Shown piece after piece: positions 10,272-20,975 of a stretch of 64,000 nucleotides of DNA. The stretch lies in contig CAWGED010000004.1 in the NCBI GenBank assembly GCA_963821525.1, positions 96,001-160,000 of the forward strand. The letters run 5' to 3'. The first letter of the stretch is position 1, and every line of letters starts with the position of its first letter. The position numbers and the translations under genes were made by a program. Source of the DNA: an uncultured Gemmatimonadales bacterium (GTDB lineage: Bacteria > Gemmatimonadota > Gemmatimonadetes > Gemmatimonadales > GWC2-71-9). The notes beneath the pieces are model-generated. The model saw only the letters and a list, made by a program, of their open reading frames with translations. It had not been told where the DNA came from and made no database searches.

Positions 10272-11507
10272 ATGCCTCCACTCGGAATCGGCTTCATCGG
10301 GAGCGGATTCAACGCTCGCTTTCACATGCTCGCCTTCCAGGGCGTGCGCGACGCGAACGTGCTTGGCGTCTGGAGCCCCAACGCTAAGCACGCCGCCGAA
10401 GGCGCTGCTACCGCACGGCGTCTCGACATCGGCCAGGCTCGGCCCTACGCGTCCATCGGCGAGATGGTAGCCGATCCTGCCATCGATGCGATCTGGCTTT
10501 GCGGCGCCAACCACGCCCGGATCGAGAATATCGAGGAGATGGTTGATCCCATCATGCGGGGGCAGGCCGAATTACGCGGCGTCGCATGTGAAAAACCGCT
10601 GGCTCGCAACGTCGCCGAGGCCAAGCGGGTGACCGAGCTGGTGAAACGGGCGGGCCTGGCACACGGCTACCTCGAAAACCAGGTCTTCGCCCCTCCGGTG
10701 GAGCAAGGCAAGGCACTGCTTTGGGGGCGCGGCGCCTCGACCACCGGGAGACCCTATCTCGCTCGTGCGGCCGAGGAGCACAGCGGCCCCCACACCCCAT
10801 GGTTCTGGCAGGGCAAGCTGCAGGGCGGCGGCGTCCTGAACGACATGATGTGTCACTCGGCGCTGGTGGTGCACTTCCTGCTGACCAAGCCAGGCTCCCC
10901 TTTGAGCACGGTCAAGCCGGTGAGCATCACCGGTCACATCGCGAGCCTCAAGTGGACTCGGCCGGAATACGCCAAGCGGCTGCGGAAGGCGATGGGCAAA
11001 GAGGTGGACTACACCAGGCAGCCCGCGGAAGACTTCGCCAGCGTCACCATTGCGTTCGAAGCCGAGGATGGGAACAAAATCCTCGGTGAAGCCACCACCT
11101 CATGGAGCTTCGTGGGTCCCGGCCTCAGGCTCTCCGCCGAGTTGCTCGGACCCGAGTACTCGATGTCGTGGAACAGCCTCGATGCCGGCCTCAAGGTTTT
11201 CTTCAGTCGCGAAGTGAAGGGCAAAGCCGGCGAAGACCTGGTCGAAAAGCAGAACGCCGAGACCGGGCAGATGCCGGTAGTGGCGAATGAAGCCTCACTC
11301 TACGGCTACGAGGCGGAGAATCGCCATTTCGTCCGGGTCTTTCAGGGGAAGGAGTCTCCCCGTCTCACCTTCGATGATGGTCTGCAGGTTGCCCGCCTGC
11401 TGATGGCAGCATACATGAGCGCCGAACAGGGACGCACGGTGAACTTCCCTCCCCGTGGGCTGGACTCCTTCGTGCCTGCGGTCGCGCGAGGAACCTGGCG
11501 CCCATGA
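10272..11507 (+). CDS. Gfo/Idh/MocA family NAD-dependent oxidoreductase
   Basis: IGSGFNARFH, CEKPLA, GGGVLNDMMCH. Confidence 0.9.
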   Translation: MPPLGIGFIGSGFNARFHMLAFQGVRDANVLGVWSPNAKHAAEGAATARRLDIGQARPYASIGEMVADPAIDAIWLCGANHARIENIEEMVDPIMRGQAELRGVACEKPLARNVAEAKRVTELVKRAGLAHGYLENQVFAPPVEQGKALLWGRGASTTGRPYLARAAEEHSGPHTPWFWQGKLQGGGVLNDMMCHSALVVHFLLTKPGSPLSTVKPVSITGHIASLKWTRPEYAKRLRKAMGKEVDYTRQPAEDFASVTIAFEAEDGNKILGEATTSWSFVGPGLRLSAELLGPEYSMSWNSLDAGLKVFFSREVKGKAGEDLVEKQNAETGQMPVVANEASLYGYEAENRHFVRVFQGKESPRLTFDDGLQVARLLMAAYMSAEQGRTVNFPPRGLDSFVPAVARGTWRP

Positions 11508-13495
11508 AGAGCCTTTGGAACGACAAAGAAGCCTCTGGATCTGAAGGGGATCCGCTCCGGCTCCGGGTCTACACTTCGCGGCTTCTCGGGCGGGAGCCTT
11601 CGCTCGTCCTTCACGGCGGCGGCAACACCTCCGTAAAGACAACCGCGACGACCCTCTTCGGCGATCGGGAGGACCTGCTCTACATCAAGGGGAGCGGGTG
11701 GGATCTCGCGACGATCGAGGCAGCGGGATTCGCGCCGGTGCGGCTGCAGGTGCTGACCCGGATGGCCGAACTGCCTCGGCTCACCGATACGGAGATGGTG
11801 CGAGCCCAGCGGGCCGCGATGACCGACCCCGGTGCTCCGACGCCATCGGTCGAAGCGATCCTTCACGCCATCATCCCGTTCACCTTCGTGGATCACACCC
11901 ACGCCGACGCCGTTGTCGCGATAAGCAATACACCGGGAGGAGAAGCACGAATCCGCGAGGTCTACCAGGATCGCGTGCTGGTAGTGCCCTATGTCATGCC
12001 CGGATTCGTGCTGGCGCGAAAGGTGTTCGAGCTGAGTCGGGGACTGGACTGGTCGCGCTACGAAGGAATGGTCCTGCTGCATCACGGCGATTTTCAGCTG
12101 GGGCAACGATGCCCGCACCAGCTACGAGCGGATGATCGAGCTGGTGACCACGGCGGAAGACTATCTCCAGAAGAAGAAGGCGTGGACCGCCGTCCGTCGA
12201 GTCACCTCCTCCACCGCTCATGGCGTCAACGGCGTGGAGCTGGAACTCGCCCGGCTTCGTCGGGAAGCGTCACTTCTGCGCGGTGCTCCGATGATCGCGA
12301 CCCTCGACGACAGCGCCGAGGCTGCGGGATTTGCCGGACAGCCGGAGGTGGCTTCGATCGCATCGCGTGGTCCTCTCACTCCCGATCACGTCATCCGGAC
12401 CAAGCCTACGCCCTTGGTCTTGAACGGCGGCAAGTTCAGGTTCGGTCGAAGCCTTCGCCGCGGGATACCGCGAGTACTTCGCCCGCCACGCGACGCCGGA
12501 AGTGAAGCCGCTCGACCCGGCACCCCGCTGGGTGGTGTGGCCGGGCGTGGGCAACCGTGGCACTCGGTCCTAGTGCCAAGGATGCCGCGATTGCCGCAGA
12601 CATCGTGCGCCACACCGGGCGCGCGATCCAATGGGCCGAGGCCTTGGGAGGTTGGAGGGCGCTGCCGGAGGAAGACTTGTTCGAGGTGGAGTACTGGGAG
12701 CTGGAACAGGCCAAGCTCAAGGCCGCCGGTGCTTCTCCGCCGTTCCAGGGGAAGATTGCGCTGGTGACGGGTGCCGCGAGCGGTATCGGGCTCGCCACCG
12801 CCGAGATGCTTCACCGGCAGGGCGCGGCCGTGACGGGGCTCGATATCAACCCGGCAGTAACCAGGGTGCTCCAGAAGCCCGGGATGCTGGGGCTGACCTG
12901 CGATGTAACCGATGGCGGCGCGCTCAAGGAAGCGGTCGAGACCGCGATCCGCCAATTCGGAGGTCTCGACATCGTGGTCAGCAACGCGGGCATTTTCTCT
13001 CCCAGCGAGCGGCTGGAGGAGTTGAGCGACGCGAACTGGGAGCAGAGCCTCACACTCAATCTCACCAGCCACCGGATGCTTCTCGAGCTGGTGATTCCCT
13101 ATCTCCGGCTGGGCTTCGATCCGACCATCATCGTCAACGCATCGAAGAACGTTCCCGCTCCGGGGCCGGGTGCCGGCGCCTACTCGGTGGCCAAGGCCGG
13201 TCTGACTCAGCTGGCCCGCGTCGCGGCACTCGAGCTCGCGAAGGATGGAATCCGGGTCAACATCCTGCACCCTCACGCCGTCTTCGACACCGCGGCCTGG
13301 ACCCAGGAGGTCCTCGAGGCTCGGGCGAAGAACTACGGGATGACGGTCGATCAGTACAAGCGCAACAACCTGCTCGGCGTCGAGGTGACCTCGCAGGATG
13401 TCGCCGCACTGGTCTGCGCCATGGCCGGCCCCGCCTTCGCCAAGACGACCGGGGCACAGGTGCCGGTGGACGGGGGTAGTGATCGGGTGATTTGA
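11504..13495 (+). CDS. Bifunctional class II aldolase / short-chain dehydrogenase (rhamnulose-1-phosphate aldolase/ADH-like), frameshifts near 12090, 12440 and 12555
   Basis: GGGNTSVK, PSVEAILH, HTHAD, TPDHVIRTK, YWELEQAKL, TGAASGIG, YSVAK. Confidence 0.87.
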
Positions 13496-13500
13496 AGCCA

Positions 13501-13617
13501 TTGAAGATTTCAGATTTCAGATTGCAGATTGAAGGCGGGACCTCGACCATGGCGTGGAACCACCGACTGCCTGGCGTGAAGCTGTCAAATCATCAATCTG
13601 AAATCTTCAATCTGAAC
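13501..13617. repeat. Inverted GATTTCA/GATTGAA heptamer arrays between convergent genes
   Basis: TTGAAGATTTCAGATTTCAGATTGCAGATTGAA ... TCAATCTGAAATCTTCAATCTGAA. Confidence 0.85.
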
Positions 13618-13622
13618 ATTCC

Positions 13623-15288
13623 TCAGGCTACTGCCAACGCCCGCTCCACCAGATCCCTCGCCTCCTCCACCATCCGTCCGAGGTGGTGATCGTCCTTGAA
13701 GCTTTCCGCGTAAATCTTGTAGATGTCCTCGGTTCCCGAGGGCCGCACCGCAAACCAGCCGTGCCGCGTCGTGACCTTGAGCCCGTCGATCGGGGCGCCA
13801 TTGCCCGGTGCGGTCGTGAGGCGAGTTTCGATCGGGTCGCCCGCGATGAACGAGGCACTCACCGAGCTCGCCGTGAGTTTCTTGAAGCCCGCCTTCTGCG
13901 CCGGAGTGCAGGGCGTGTCGATCCTCGTATAGGCCGGCTCGCCATACATCGCGGTCAGGTCGCGATAGTGCTCGCCTGGATCCTTCCCGGTGGTCGCGGT
14001 GATCTCGGCGGCGAGAAGCCCCAGCAACAGTCCGTCCTTGTCGGTGGTCCAGACTAACCCCGATTTCTTCAGGAAGCTTGCCCCCGCGCTCTCTTCACCA
14101 CCGAAACAGCAGCTTCCGTCGAAGAGCCCCGGGGTAAACCATTTGAACCCGACCGGCACCTCGTAGAGTCGTCTTCCGAGCACCATTCACCACCCGATCC
14201 ACCAGAGCGCTGGTCACCACCGTCTTCCCTACGACGGCCTGAGTCCCCCATCCTGGACGGGACCCGAGGAGATAACGAATCGCGACGGCGAGGTAGTGGT
14301 TCGGATTGAGCAGCCCCGCCGAGCGGGTCACGATCCCGTGGCGGTCCGCGTCCGGATCGGTGGCAAAGGCGACATCGAACCGATCCTTGAGCCGCACCAG
14401 GCCGGCCATGGCCCAGGGACTCGAGCAGTCCATCCGGATTTTCCCGTCGTGATCCACGGTCATGAACTTGAATGTGGGATCGATCTGGGTGTTGGTGACG
14501 GTCAGATCGAGTCCATACTGCTCGGCAATCGGTCCCCAGTAGCCGAGCGACGATCCGCCCAGCGGATCGACTCCGATTCTGATGCCGGCGGCACCGATCG
14601 CCTCGAGATCGATCGCGTTGGCAAGATCGGCGACGTAGGTCGCGACCAGATCGCCATGCCGGGTAGTCCGAGCCGTTCGTGCCTTCTCGTACGGCACTCG
14701 TTTCACGCCGCGGTTTTCGTCGCGCAGCAGCGCATTGGCCCGTTCCTGGATCCACTTGGTGATCGTGGTGTCCGCCGGCCCTCCATTGGGCGGATTGTAT
14801 TTGATGCCCCCATCGGCTGGTGGATTGTGGGACGGGGTGATCACGATGCCGTCCGCGAGACGCACCGCCTCACTGCTCGTGTGCCCCCCGGCCCGGGAGG
14901 CGTTCCATGCCAGGATCGCGCGGGAGATCACCGGGGTAGGAGTGAACCCGTCGCGCCGCTGCATGACTACTTCAATGTGGTTTGCGGCGAGAACCTCGAG
15001 CGCGGTGCGCTCGGTAGGAGTCGAAATCGCATGGGTATCCTTGCCGAGAAAGAGCGGCCCGGCGATACCTCGCCCGGTGCGATACTCACAAATCGCCTGG
15101 GTGATGGCGAGGACGTGTGCTTCGGTGAATGTGCCCTCGAACGGGGATCCGCGGTGACCGCTCGTCCCGAAGCTGACCCGCTGGGCCGGATCTTCGGGAT
15201 TGGGCTGCCGCTCGTAGTAGTCACGCTCCAGCCGCGCCACGTCGATCAGCAGTTGTGGTGGAGCGGGCTGGCCGGCGAGTGGATGCAT
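13623..15288 (-). CDS. pgm: Phosphoglucomutase, alpha-D-glucose phosphate-specific (frameshift near 14185)
   Basis: [32 protein letters not shown]. Confidence 0.93.
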
Positions 15289-15325
15289 GGTCTCCGTAAC
15301 CGATTCGGGAACTGGCGCCGCGCGC

Positions 15326-15354
15326 TTGCGGCGCTCCCTACCTCATGATAACAT
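15326..15354 (+). promoter_or_regulatory. sigma70-type promoter TTGCGG-N17-TAACAT with extended -10 TG
   Basis: Exact 17-nt spacing; the same architecture recurs at 19281-19309. Confidence 0.65.
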
Positions 15355-15360
15355 GCTCAC

Positions 15361-15497
15361 TCGGGACTCAGCCGGGTCGCTGGCTCAGGTGGAGCCTGGG
15401 TCGCCTTGTCGAGGGAGGCAGTAGCCTCCGAGTCGAAGGCACGAATGAGCTGTCCGCCTCCGCGGAGAGTTTCGTTCGGGCCTTTTTTCATTTCCGG
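15361..15497 (+). ncRNA. Putative cis-regulatory leader RNA, copy A (CCUUGUCG-hairpin-AGUCGAAGG plus terminator)
   Basis: CCTTGTCG 15404-11; GGAGGC/GCCTCC hairpin; AGTCGAAGG 15431-39; terminator stem 15436-15484 ending in the T6 run at 15483-88. Confidence 0.7.
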
Positions 15498-15526
15498 CTA
15501 TTCCGTCGCACCAATCAGGGGGTCGA

Positions 15527-18502
15527 ATGGACGATGCACTGAAGCCACAATCGCACGGCTTCGATGCTGATGCCTTGGTACCCGACAGCCGAGCCCGGTG
15601 GGCGGGTCGAGTAGCGGGTTGGCTGCTCCTCCTCCTGGGCGCGACCGGAGCTCTCGGTCTCCTTCCAGGACTGCAATTTCTCAAGCAACCGGTCACCGGC
15701 TTCTCCCCGCTTTCGCTAGTCACCGGCCTGAGCCTTTGCGCCCTCGGCGCGGGCCTTGGTGGCGCTGGTCAGCGGCAAGCGGACGGCTGGCGCTCTGGGC
15801 GCCGCCGGGGCCGTGCTCGTCGCCGCACTGGCAGTCACTCAATATCTCCTCGGGGTCGATCTCGGGATCAATCCCGTCGCAGGCGGAGCGCGGCGGCGAG
15901 CGGGTTGAGCTCGTCGGTTCGGGTGTCGATCGCCAGCGCGATGCTCCTCGGACTGGCAGGCGCCGGCCTTATCACTCTCGCTTCACCGATCTCCCCGCAT
16001 CGCGGGAGACTCTTCGCCGGTGGATTCGGTTGTGTGGTGGTGGCCTTCGCCCTCGGCATTCTGCTTACAACAGGCATCTGGAATCTCGAGCAACAGGCGG
16101 GGCTTCTGGCCGGCTCCTCATTTCAGACGCTGATCGGCTCGCTGATCGGAGGCTCCTGCCTGGTGTTCATCGCCTGGAGCGCCGATCCCACCGCAGCACG
16201 CTCGGCGTATTGGCTACCGGTATCGGTGGGCGCGGGATGCCTCGTCACCGCGATCTTCCTCTGGCGCGCCCTCATCATCTACGAAGACGATCGGGTCCGC
16301 GGCCAGGCGACGATCGCGGCGCGAACCGCGAGGCGAGAGATCTATGGCCAGGTCCAGACCGGCACCCGGCTCCTGAGCCGCATTGCACGGTTCAGCTCGC
16401 CTCCCCGGCCCCAGTCGCCCAACTGGTCAAGCAGCATGGTGGCGATCACTCGCGATATCGACGGGCTCCTCGCAATCGCGTGGACCGATTCGACCGCGAA
16501 GGTCACCTACGTAGCACCTCCCACCGCCGATGCCGACACGTTGCGCTCCCAATTGCAGCGGGGACTGGAGGCGGCACTCGGTGGAACCCCGCCGGCATCT
16601 TGGCATTCCGCCACGATGTATTTCGGCATCGGGCCCGAGGGACAGACCTTCGCGGCTGCCGTACCTATCTGTGTACCCGCCGGCTGCAGCGGCTATGTGC
16701 TTGGCGTCTTCGACGCCGCGAGCCTGCTGGAGCCGGTGTTGGACAACCCAGGTGAGGGATACGCCTTTACCATCCTGACGTCGAGGGGCGCGAGCCTCCT
16801 CACCTCGCGCGAGCCGCCTGCCGGTGCCCGGAATCTCATGGACCGGTCCTCATTCAAGCTCGGCGATCTCAACTGGCAGCTTCAGGTCGGCGCCACACGA
16901 GAGACACTGCAGCGGCTCCGTTCGAAGCTTCCCGATCTGCTTCTGCTGGCAGGCCTGCTGGTCACCGCTCTCCTGCCGCTCACCGTGCGGCTGGCCCAGA
17001 TGACCTGGTCGCGCGCCCGCCTGGTGGAAAGAGTTCGCCTCAATCTCGCCCTGGAAACGGCAACCGACGGAATCTGGGAGTGGGACGTGCCGAGCGGTGC
17101 CGCGATCCGGAGTGCGACACTCTGGCGCCATCTGGGGTATGGCCCGACCGAGTTTCCGGCCAAGATCGACAGCTGGATGTCTCTCATTAACCCGGACGAT
17201 CGCGCCGCGGTGCAGGCGGCGATGGCGGCGCACCTCGCGGGCAAGACCGAAAGCTTCGAAGCGGAATACCGGATCCGGGACCATCTCGGCGGCTGGCATT
17301 GGGTCATCGATCGAGGCAGGGTCGTCGAACGAGCGCCCAGTGGCGTGCCGCTTCGGGTGCTGGGTATCAGCGCCGACGTTACCGAGCGGAAACGGACCGA
17401 CGAGGCGCTCGAGGCAAGCGAGCGGAGGTTCAGGGCCTGCTTCGACAGCGCTTACCAGCTGCAGAAGCTGCTCGACCTCGATGGGCGAGTGCTGGAGGCG
17501 AATCGCACCGCGCTGGACTTCTCCCGTACGACGATCGAGCAGTTGCGCGGCGTGCCGCTCTGGGATACCGAGATCTGGCTGAACAGTCCCACCAGCCGCG
17601 AAGCCTTGCGCGCCGCATTCGCCGAGGCGTGCAAAGGGAAGACAGTGAGGCAGGAGATGGAGCTGGACGCCGGCGAGGGACGCCACGCCATCATCGATTT
17701 TTCGCTGACCCCGATCATGGATACGGAAGGCAGGGTGGTTCAGCTCCTCGCCGAGGGGAGAGACATCACGGCCAGCAGGCAGGCCGAAGACCAGCTGCGC
17801 GAGGTCGAGTCGCTCTCGACCATGGGCCGGCTCGCGGCGCGCGTCGCGCACGAGATCAATAATCCGTTGGCCGGCATTCAGAATTCTTTCCTTCTCATCA
17901 AGGACGCGGTCCCCGAGGATCACCCGCATCACAGTTACGTGGGCGCCATCGAGCGAGAGATCGGCCGGATTGCCGGGGTAACCCGCCAGCTGTATGAGAC
18001 CTACCGCCCTGACTCCGACGGCGCGCGTGAGACATCCATACCGAACCTGGTTGGCGACGCGGTGGCGCTCCTCGGCCAGGTCAACCGCGATGCGCGGGTA
18101 ACGATCAAGGTGGACTTGCAGCGGGCACCCCACGTCGTACAGCTTCCCGATGCCCTGCTCCGCCAGGCGGTCTACAATCTGGTGCAGAACGCGGTAGAGG
18201 CATCCCCAAAGGGGGGAACGGTTTGGGTCACCGCGGCAGGAGAGGATGGCGTCTTCGAGCTGCGGGTCAAAGACAACGGACCCGGCATCCCGCAGGAGAT
18301 TCGAGAGCGAATTTTCGAGCCGTTTTTCACGACCAAGCCATCCAGCACCAGGACCGGTGGCATGGGTCTCGGTCTCTCGCTGGTCCGCCGCTCGGTCCAC
18401 GCGCTGGGCGGTCAGGTAGAAATTATTGACGTTCCTGGAGGCGGCACGGAGTTCGTGGTCCGGTTGCCCCTCGGGACCCGACATGCAGGAGCAATCTCAT
18501 GA
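15527..18502 (+). CDS. Multi-TM sensor histidine kinase with extracytoplasmic (CHASE/Cache-like) domain and two PAS domains
   Basis: PAS motifs ([21 protein letters not shown]), [20 protein letters not shown]. Probable compensating frameshifts at about 15780-15885. Confidence 0.9.
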   Translation: MDDALKPQSHGFDADALVPDSRARWAGRVAGWLLLLLGATGALGLLPGLQFLKQPVTGFSPLSLVTGLSLCALGAGLGGAGQRQADGWRSGRRRGRARRRTGSHSISPRGRSRDQSRRRRSAAASGLSSSVRVSIASAMLLGLAGAGLITLASPISPHRGRLFAGGFGCVVVAFALGILLTTGIWNLEQQAGLLAGSSFQTLIGSLIGGSCLVFIAWSADPTAARSAYWLPVSVGAGCLVTAIFLWRALIIYEDDRVRGQATIAARTARREIYGQVQTGTRLLSRIARFSSPPRPQSPNWSSSMVAITRDIDGLLAIAWTDSTAKVTYVAPPTADADTLRSQLQRGLEAALGGTPPASWHSATMYFGIGPEGQTFAAAVPICVPAGCSGYVLGVFDAASLLEPVLDNPGEGYAFTILTSRGASLLTSREPPAGARNLMDRSSFKLGDLNWQLQVGATRETLQRLRSKLPDLLLLAGLLVTALLPLTVRLAQMTWSRARLVERVRLNLALETATDGIWEWDVPSGAAIRSATLWRHLGYGPTEFPAKIDSWMSLINPDDRAAVQAAMAAHLAGKTESFEAEYRIRDHLGGWHWVIDRGRVVERAPSGVPLRVLGISADVTERKRTDEALEASERRFRACFDSAYQLQKLLDLDGRVLEANRTALDFSRTTIEQLRGVPLWDTEIWLNSPTSREALRAAFAEACKGKTVRQEMELDAGEGRHAIIDFSLTPIMDTEGRVVQLLAEGRDITASRQAEDQLREVESLSTMGRLAARVAHEINNPLAGIQNSFLLIKDAVPEDHPHHSYVGAIEREIGRIAGVTRQLYETYRPDSDGARETSIPNLVGDAVALLGQVNRDARVTIKVDLQRAPHVVQLPDALLRQAVYNLVQNAVEASPKGGTVWVTAAGEDGVFELRVKDNGPGIPQEIRERIFEPFFTTKPSSTRTGGMGLGLSLVRRSVHALGGQVEIIDVPGGGTEFVVRLPLGTRHAGAIS

Positions 18503-19230
18503 CGATGCGCGGCAGGATCCTCCTTGCCGACGATGAAGAGACCTTCCTCAGTTCTACTGCGGATCTTCTTCGAAAAGAAGGCTTCGAGTGCGATACGGTC
18601 CAGGATGGCGTGAGCGCACTGGCTCGGGCGTCGGAGAATAACTACGACCTCCTGGTCACCGATCTGGAGATGCCCGGGAACGCCGATCTCTCCCTGATCC
18701 GGCAGATCACGTCCGCGAGAGGTGGCCTGCCCGTGATGGTTATTACCGGAGTCCCGTCGCTCCGCTCGGCTATGGCCTGCGTGGAACTGCCGGTCGCGGC
18801 CTACCTGGTCAAGCCGGTGGTTTTTTCCGACTTGCTGCCGCGGATCCAAACCGCGGTCACCCGGTTCCGTTCCTATCAGGCCATGCAGAGCGCGGAGCAG
18901 CGGTTGCAGGAATGGCGCAAGGAGCTGAAGACCCTGTCCGGGCCGGAAGGCAACTCGGCGTCCCCCACGGCGGGAATCGATGTGTTCCTGTCGCTTACGC
19001 TGCGAAACGTGATGGGATCGCTTACCGACCTGGAGCAGCTGGGACGCGCCCTGGCGGGTCAGCCGGTAGGACAGCACCCATGTCAGCTGCTGAATTGTCC
19101 CCGGGGAGCCCAGCTCCAGGAGGCGGTTCGGGAGACGATTCGGGTCCTTGAGGAGACTAAAAACGCCTTCAAGTCCAAAGCACTCGGGGAGTTGCGCCAG
19201 AGATTGGAGCTGCTGCTCGAGCACAATTGA
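18499..19230 (+). CDS. Response regulator with an unrecognised helical C-terminal output domain
   Basis: Intact REC domain (LADDE, TDLEMPG, YLVKP); coiled-coil-like linker; C-terminus ETIRVLEETKNAFKSKALGELRQRLE; ATGA coupling to the kinase. Confidence 0.9.
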   Translation: MTMRGRILLADDEETFLSSTADLLRKEGFECDTVQDGVSALARASENNYDLLVTDLEMPGNADLSLIRQITSARGGLPVMVITGVPSLRSAMACVELPVAAYLVKPVVFSDLLPRIQTAVTRFRSYQAMQSAEQRLQEWRKELKTLSGPEGNSASPTAGIDVFLSLTLRNVMGSLTDLEQLGRALAGQPVGQHPCQLLNCPRGAQLQEAVRETIRVLEETKNAFKSKALGELRQRLELLLEHN

Positions 19231-19265
19231 GGTTTAGGTCTGTTGTCTAAAGGCTTAGATCTACC

Positions 19266-19309
19266 TGTGACAATGGTCACTTGCGCGAATAGGGCAATTT
19301 TCTTAACAT
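19266..19309 (+). promoter_or_regulatory. Class II CRP/FNR-family promoter: TGTGA-N6-TCACT box abutting TTGCGC-N17-TAACAT
   Basis: Box at 19266-81 is centred about -42 relative to the predicted start site (about 19316). Confidence 0.7.
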
Positions 19310-19327
19310 AGGCCCGCAGCCAAAATC

Positions 19328-19435
19328 GGCGGGGATTGGAATCCTGCCACCTTGTCGGATGAGGCCTCGGCCTCATCAGTCGAAGGCGCGAACGACCCTC
19401 CTCGAGAGGTCGCCGCGCCTTTTGTGTTTCCCGGC
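19328..19435 (+). ncRNA. Putative cis-regulatory leader RNA, copy B
   Basis: CCTTGTCG 19350-57; GATGAGGC/GCCTCATC; AGTCGAAGG 19378-86; AAGGCGCG...CGCGCCTT followed by TTGTGTTT. Confidence 0.72.
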
Positions 19436-19454
19436 TGCTGCAGTCATAGATCGT

Positions 19455-19615
19455 ATTACCGGTCACCACGCTCGGCCGGGCCTGACCCCGGCCGAGTGCG
19501 GTAACCATCAGCGGAAGCCTTGTCGAGCGGAGCGAAAGAGGCTTTGCGAGTCGAAGGCGCGGGATGACCGCTCTCCATGGGGAGATGCGCGAATCCGCGC
19601 CTTCGTTCGTTCCGG
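19455..19615 (+). ncRNA. Putative cis-regulatory leader RNA, copy C
   Basis: CCTTGTCG 19518-25; GCGGAGC/GCTTTGC; AGTCGAAGG 19549-57; CGAAGGCGCGG...CCGCGCCTTCG followed by TTCGTT. Confidence 0.7.
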
Positions 19616-19652
19616 TACCCGCGAGGCACGAAGCAGTAAGGGTTGGGGTTCG

Positions 19653-19862
19653 ATGAATCTGGATACGGTAGAAGGGCAGTGGACACGCCTGAGAGGAAAG
19701 ATCCTTGAGCAATGGGGTCGGCTGACCGCGGACGAGATTTCGATTGTCGCGGGCCGGCGTGACCAGCTCATCGGCATGCTCCAGCGGCGCTACGGAGTGG
19801 CGCGGGCGGAGCTGGAGCGCCAAGTGGAGGATTTCGAACGCAGGGTTCTGGCCGGCCGCTGA
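19653..19862 (+). CDS. csbD: CsbD/YjbJ family stress protein
   Basis: MNLDTVEGQWTRLRGKILEQWGRLT...G.RDQLIG.LQ.RYG pattern. Confidence 0.9.
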   Translation: MNLDTVEGQWTRLRGKILEQWGRLTADEISIVAGRRDQLIGMLQRRYGVARAELERQVEDFERRVLAGR

Positions 19863-19888
19863 GTCCGCGAGCCGCAAGAGGAGGGACT

Positions 19889-20104
19889 ATGCTGCGTTGG
19901 GCGATGGGTCTGCTCGTGGTCGCGCTGGTGACGACGATGTTCGGCGCAGGCGGGATCTTTTTCGCGACCGAGGCGTTGCGAACGCTGTTCTACCTCTTTG
20001 TTGTCGTCCTCCTGGCAACCATTCTGCCAGTGCTCGTTTCCGATCGCCGTAACATGGATGAATACCGCAGAGACCGCCGCACACGTGCCGCGAGTCGCGC
20101 CTGA
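19889..20104 (+). CDS. Small membrane protein, DUF1328 (UPF0391/YtjA)-like
   Basis: MLRWA, two TM helices, FGAGGI; SD GAGGGA. Confidence 0.75.
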   Translation: MLRWAMGLLVVALVTTMFGAGGIFFATEALRTLFYLFVVVLLATILPVLVSDRRNMDEYRRDRRTRAASRA

Positions 20105-20140
20105 GCGGTGGCATGCTCTGAGATCTCATAGGAGAGAGAA

Positions 20141-20807
20141 ATGCCGCTCGTTTCGATGAAGGACCTGCTCCTGTTCGCCTTGAAGGATCTGCACAGCGCG
20201 GAGACACAGTTGGCGAGGACTCTGCCCGCCATGATCAAAGGCTCGGGCGCTCCGAGCCTGCGTCGCGCGCTGAATCATCACCTTCGGCGGACCGAGGAGC
20301 ACGTGGACCGTTTGCAGGTCATCTGCGAGGCCCTCGAAACCTTCCCCGGCGGCCAGCGCTGCCGCGGCATGGAAGGGATGATCGAGGAAGTACGCACCGT
20401 CCTTCGCTCCATCGGAACCCAAAGCGTGGTTGATGCCGCCATCATCGCCGTGGCCCAGCGCATCTCCCATTACGAGATTGCCGCTTACGCAGTGCGCCAG
20501 GACCTATGCCGCCATGCTCGGACTGGACGACATCGCCGATCTGCTGGCGATGAGTCTCCAGGAAGAGGAAGCGGTGGAGACCGAGCTCACAGATATCGCG
20601 AACGAAGAAGTGAATGATCGGGCCCTCGTTGGGATGACGGAGTCAGAGCACTTGAGCCCGCTCGAAAACTTTCTGGACCCCGCAGGACGCCTGCCACATC
20701 GAAGGGAATCGGCACCGAAACCGGTGCCGGTTTCCCTCCCACCTCGATCGGGAGAGATGAGCAGGAATGGTGTGACAGTTGCCACATCCGGTCCAGGGAC
20801 ATGCTGA
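20141..20807 (+). CDS. DUF892 / YciF ferritin-like protein (frameshift near 20490)
   Basis: LKDLHSAETQL, TEEHV.RL, C.GMEGMIEE, AQRISHYEIAAY, LQEE...ELT. Confidence 0.85.
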
Positions 20808-20813
20808 TAGGTT
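20771..20813 (+). promoter_or_regulatory. Class II CRP-type box TGTGA-N6-CCACA plus extended -10 TGnTAGGTT
   Basis: Box 20771-86, -10 at 20808-13 (21-nt gap); lies in the tail of the DUF892 ORF. Confidence 0.55.
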
Positions 20814-20830
20814 GACTTTACGGATCGATA

Positions 20831-20936
20831 GGACGGGCTGACGGTTGTCCGTCCACCTTGTCGGATGGGGTTGAGCCCCATCAGGTGAAGGCGCGCTGAG
20901 CTGAAATTCAGGCTCTCGCGCCTTCGCTGCTTCCGG
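20831..20936 (+). ncRNA. Putative cis-regulatory leader RNA, copy D
   Basis: GGACGGGC/GTCCGTCC hairpin; CCTTGTCG 20856-63; GATGGGGT/GCCCCATC; AGGTGAAGG 20883-91; GAAGGCGCG...CGCGCCTTC. Confidence 0.68.
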
Positions 20937-20975
20937 TCTCGATGGCGCACTCTGGCATCGCGAGTGGAGGATTGA

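Noticed and set aside
15361..15497. Known riboswitch (c-di-GMP-I/II, c-di-AMP, ZTP, THF) or SRP RNA
   Set aside because: By eye the diagnostic conserved nucleotides are missing and there is only superficial similarity to ZTP. An Rfam search is still needed.
19083..19877. Long ORFs across the csbD leader (19359-19862 extension; 19083-19877 minus)
   Set aside because: They are not protein-like. Family similarity starts at ATG 19653, and the region is better explained as promoter plus structured RNA.
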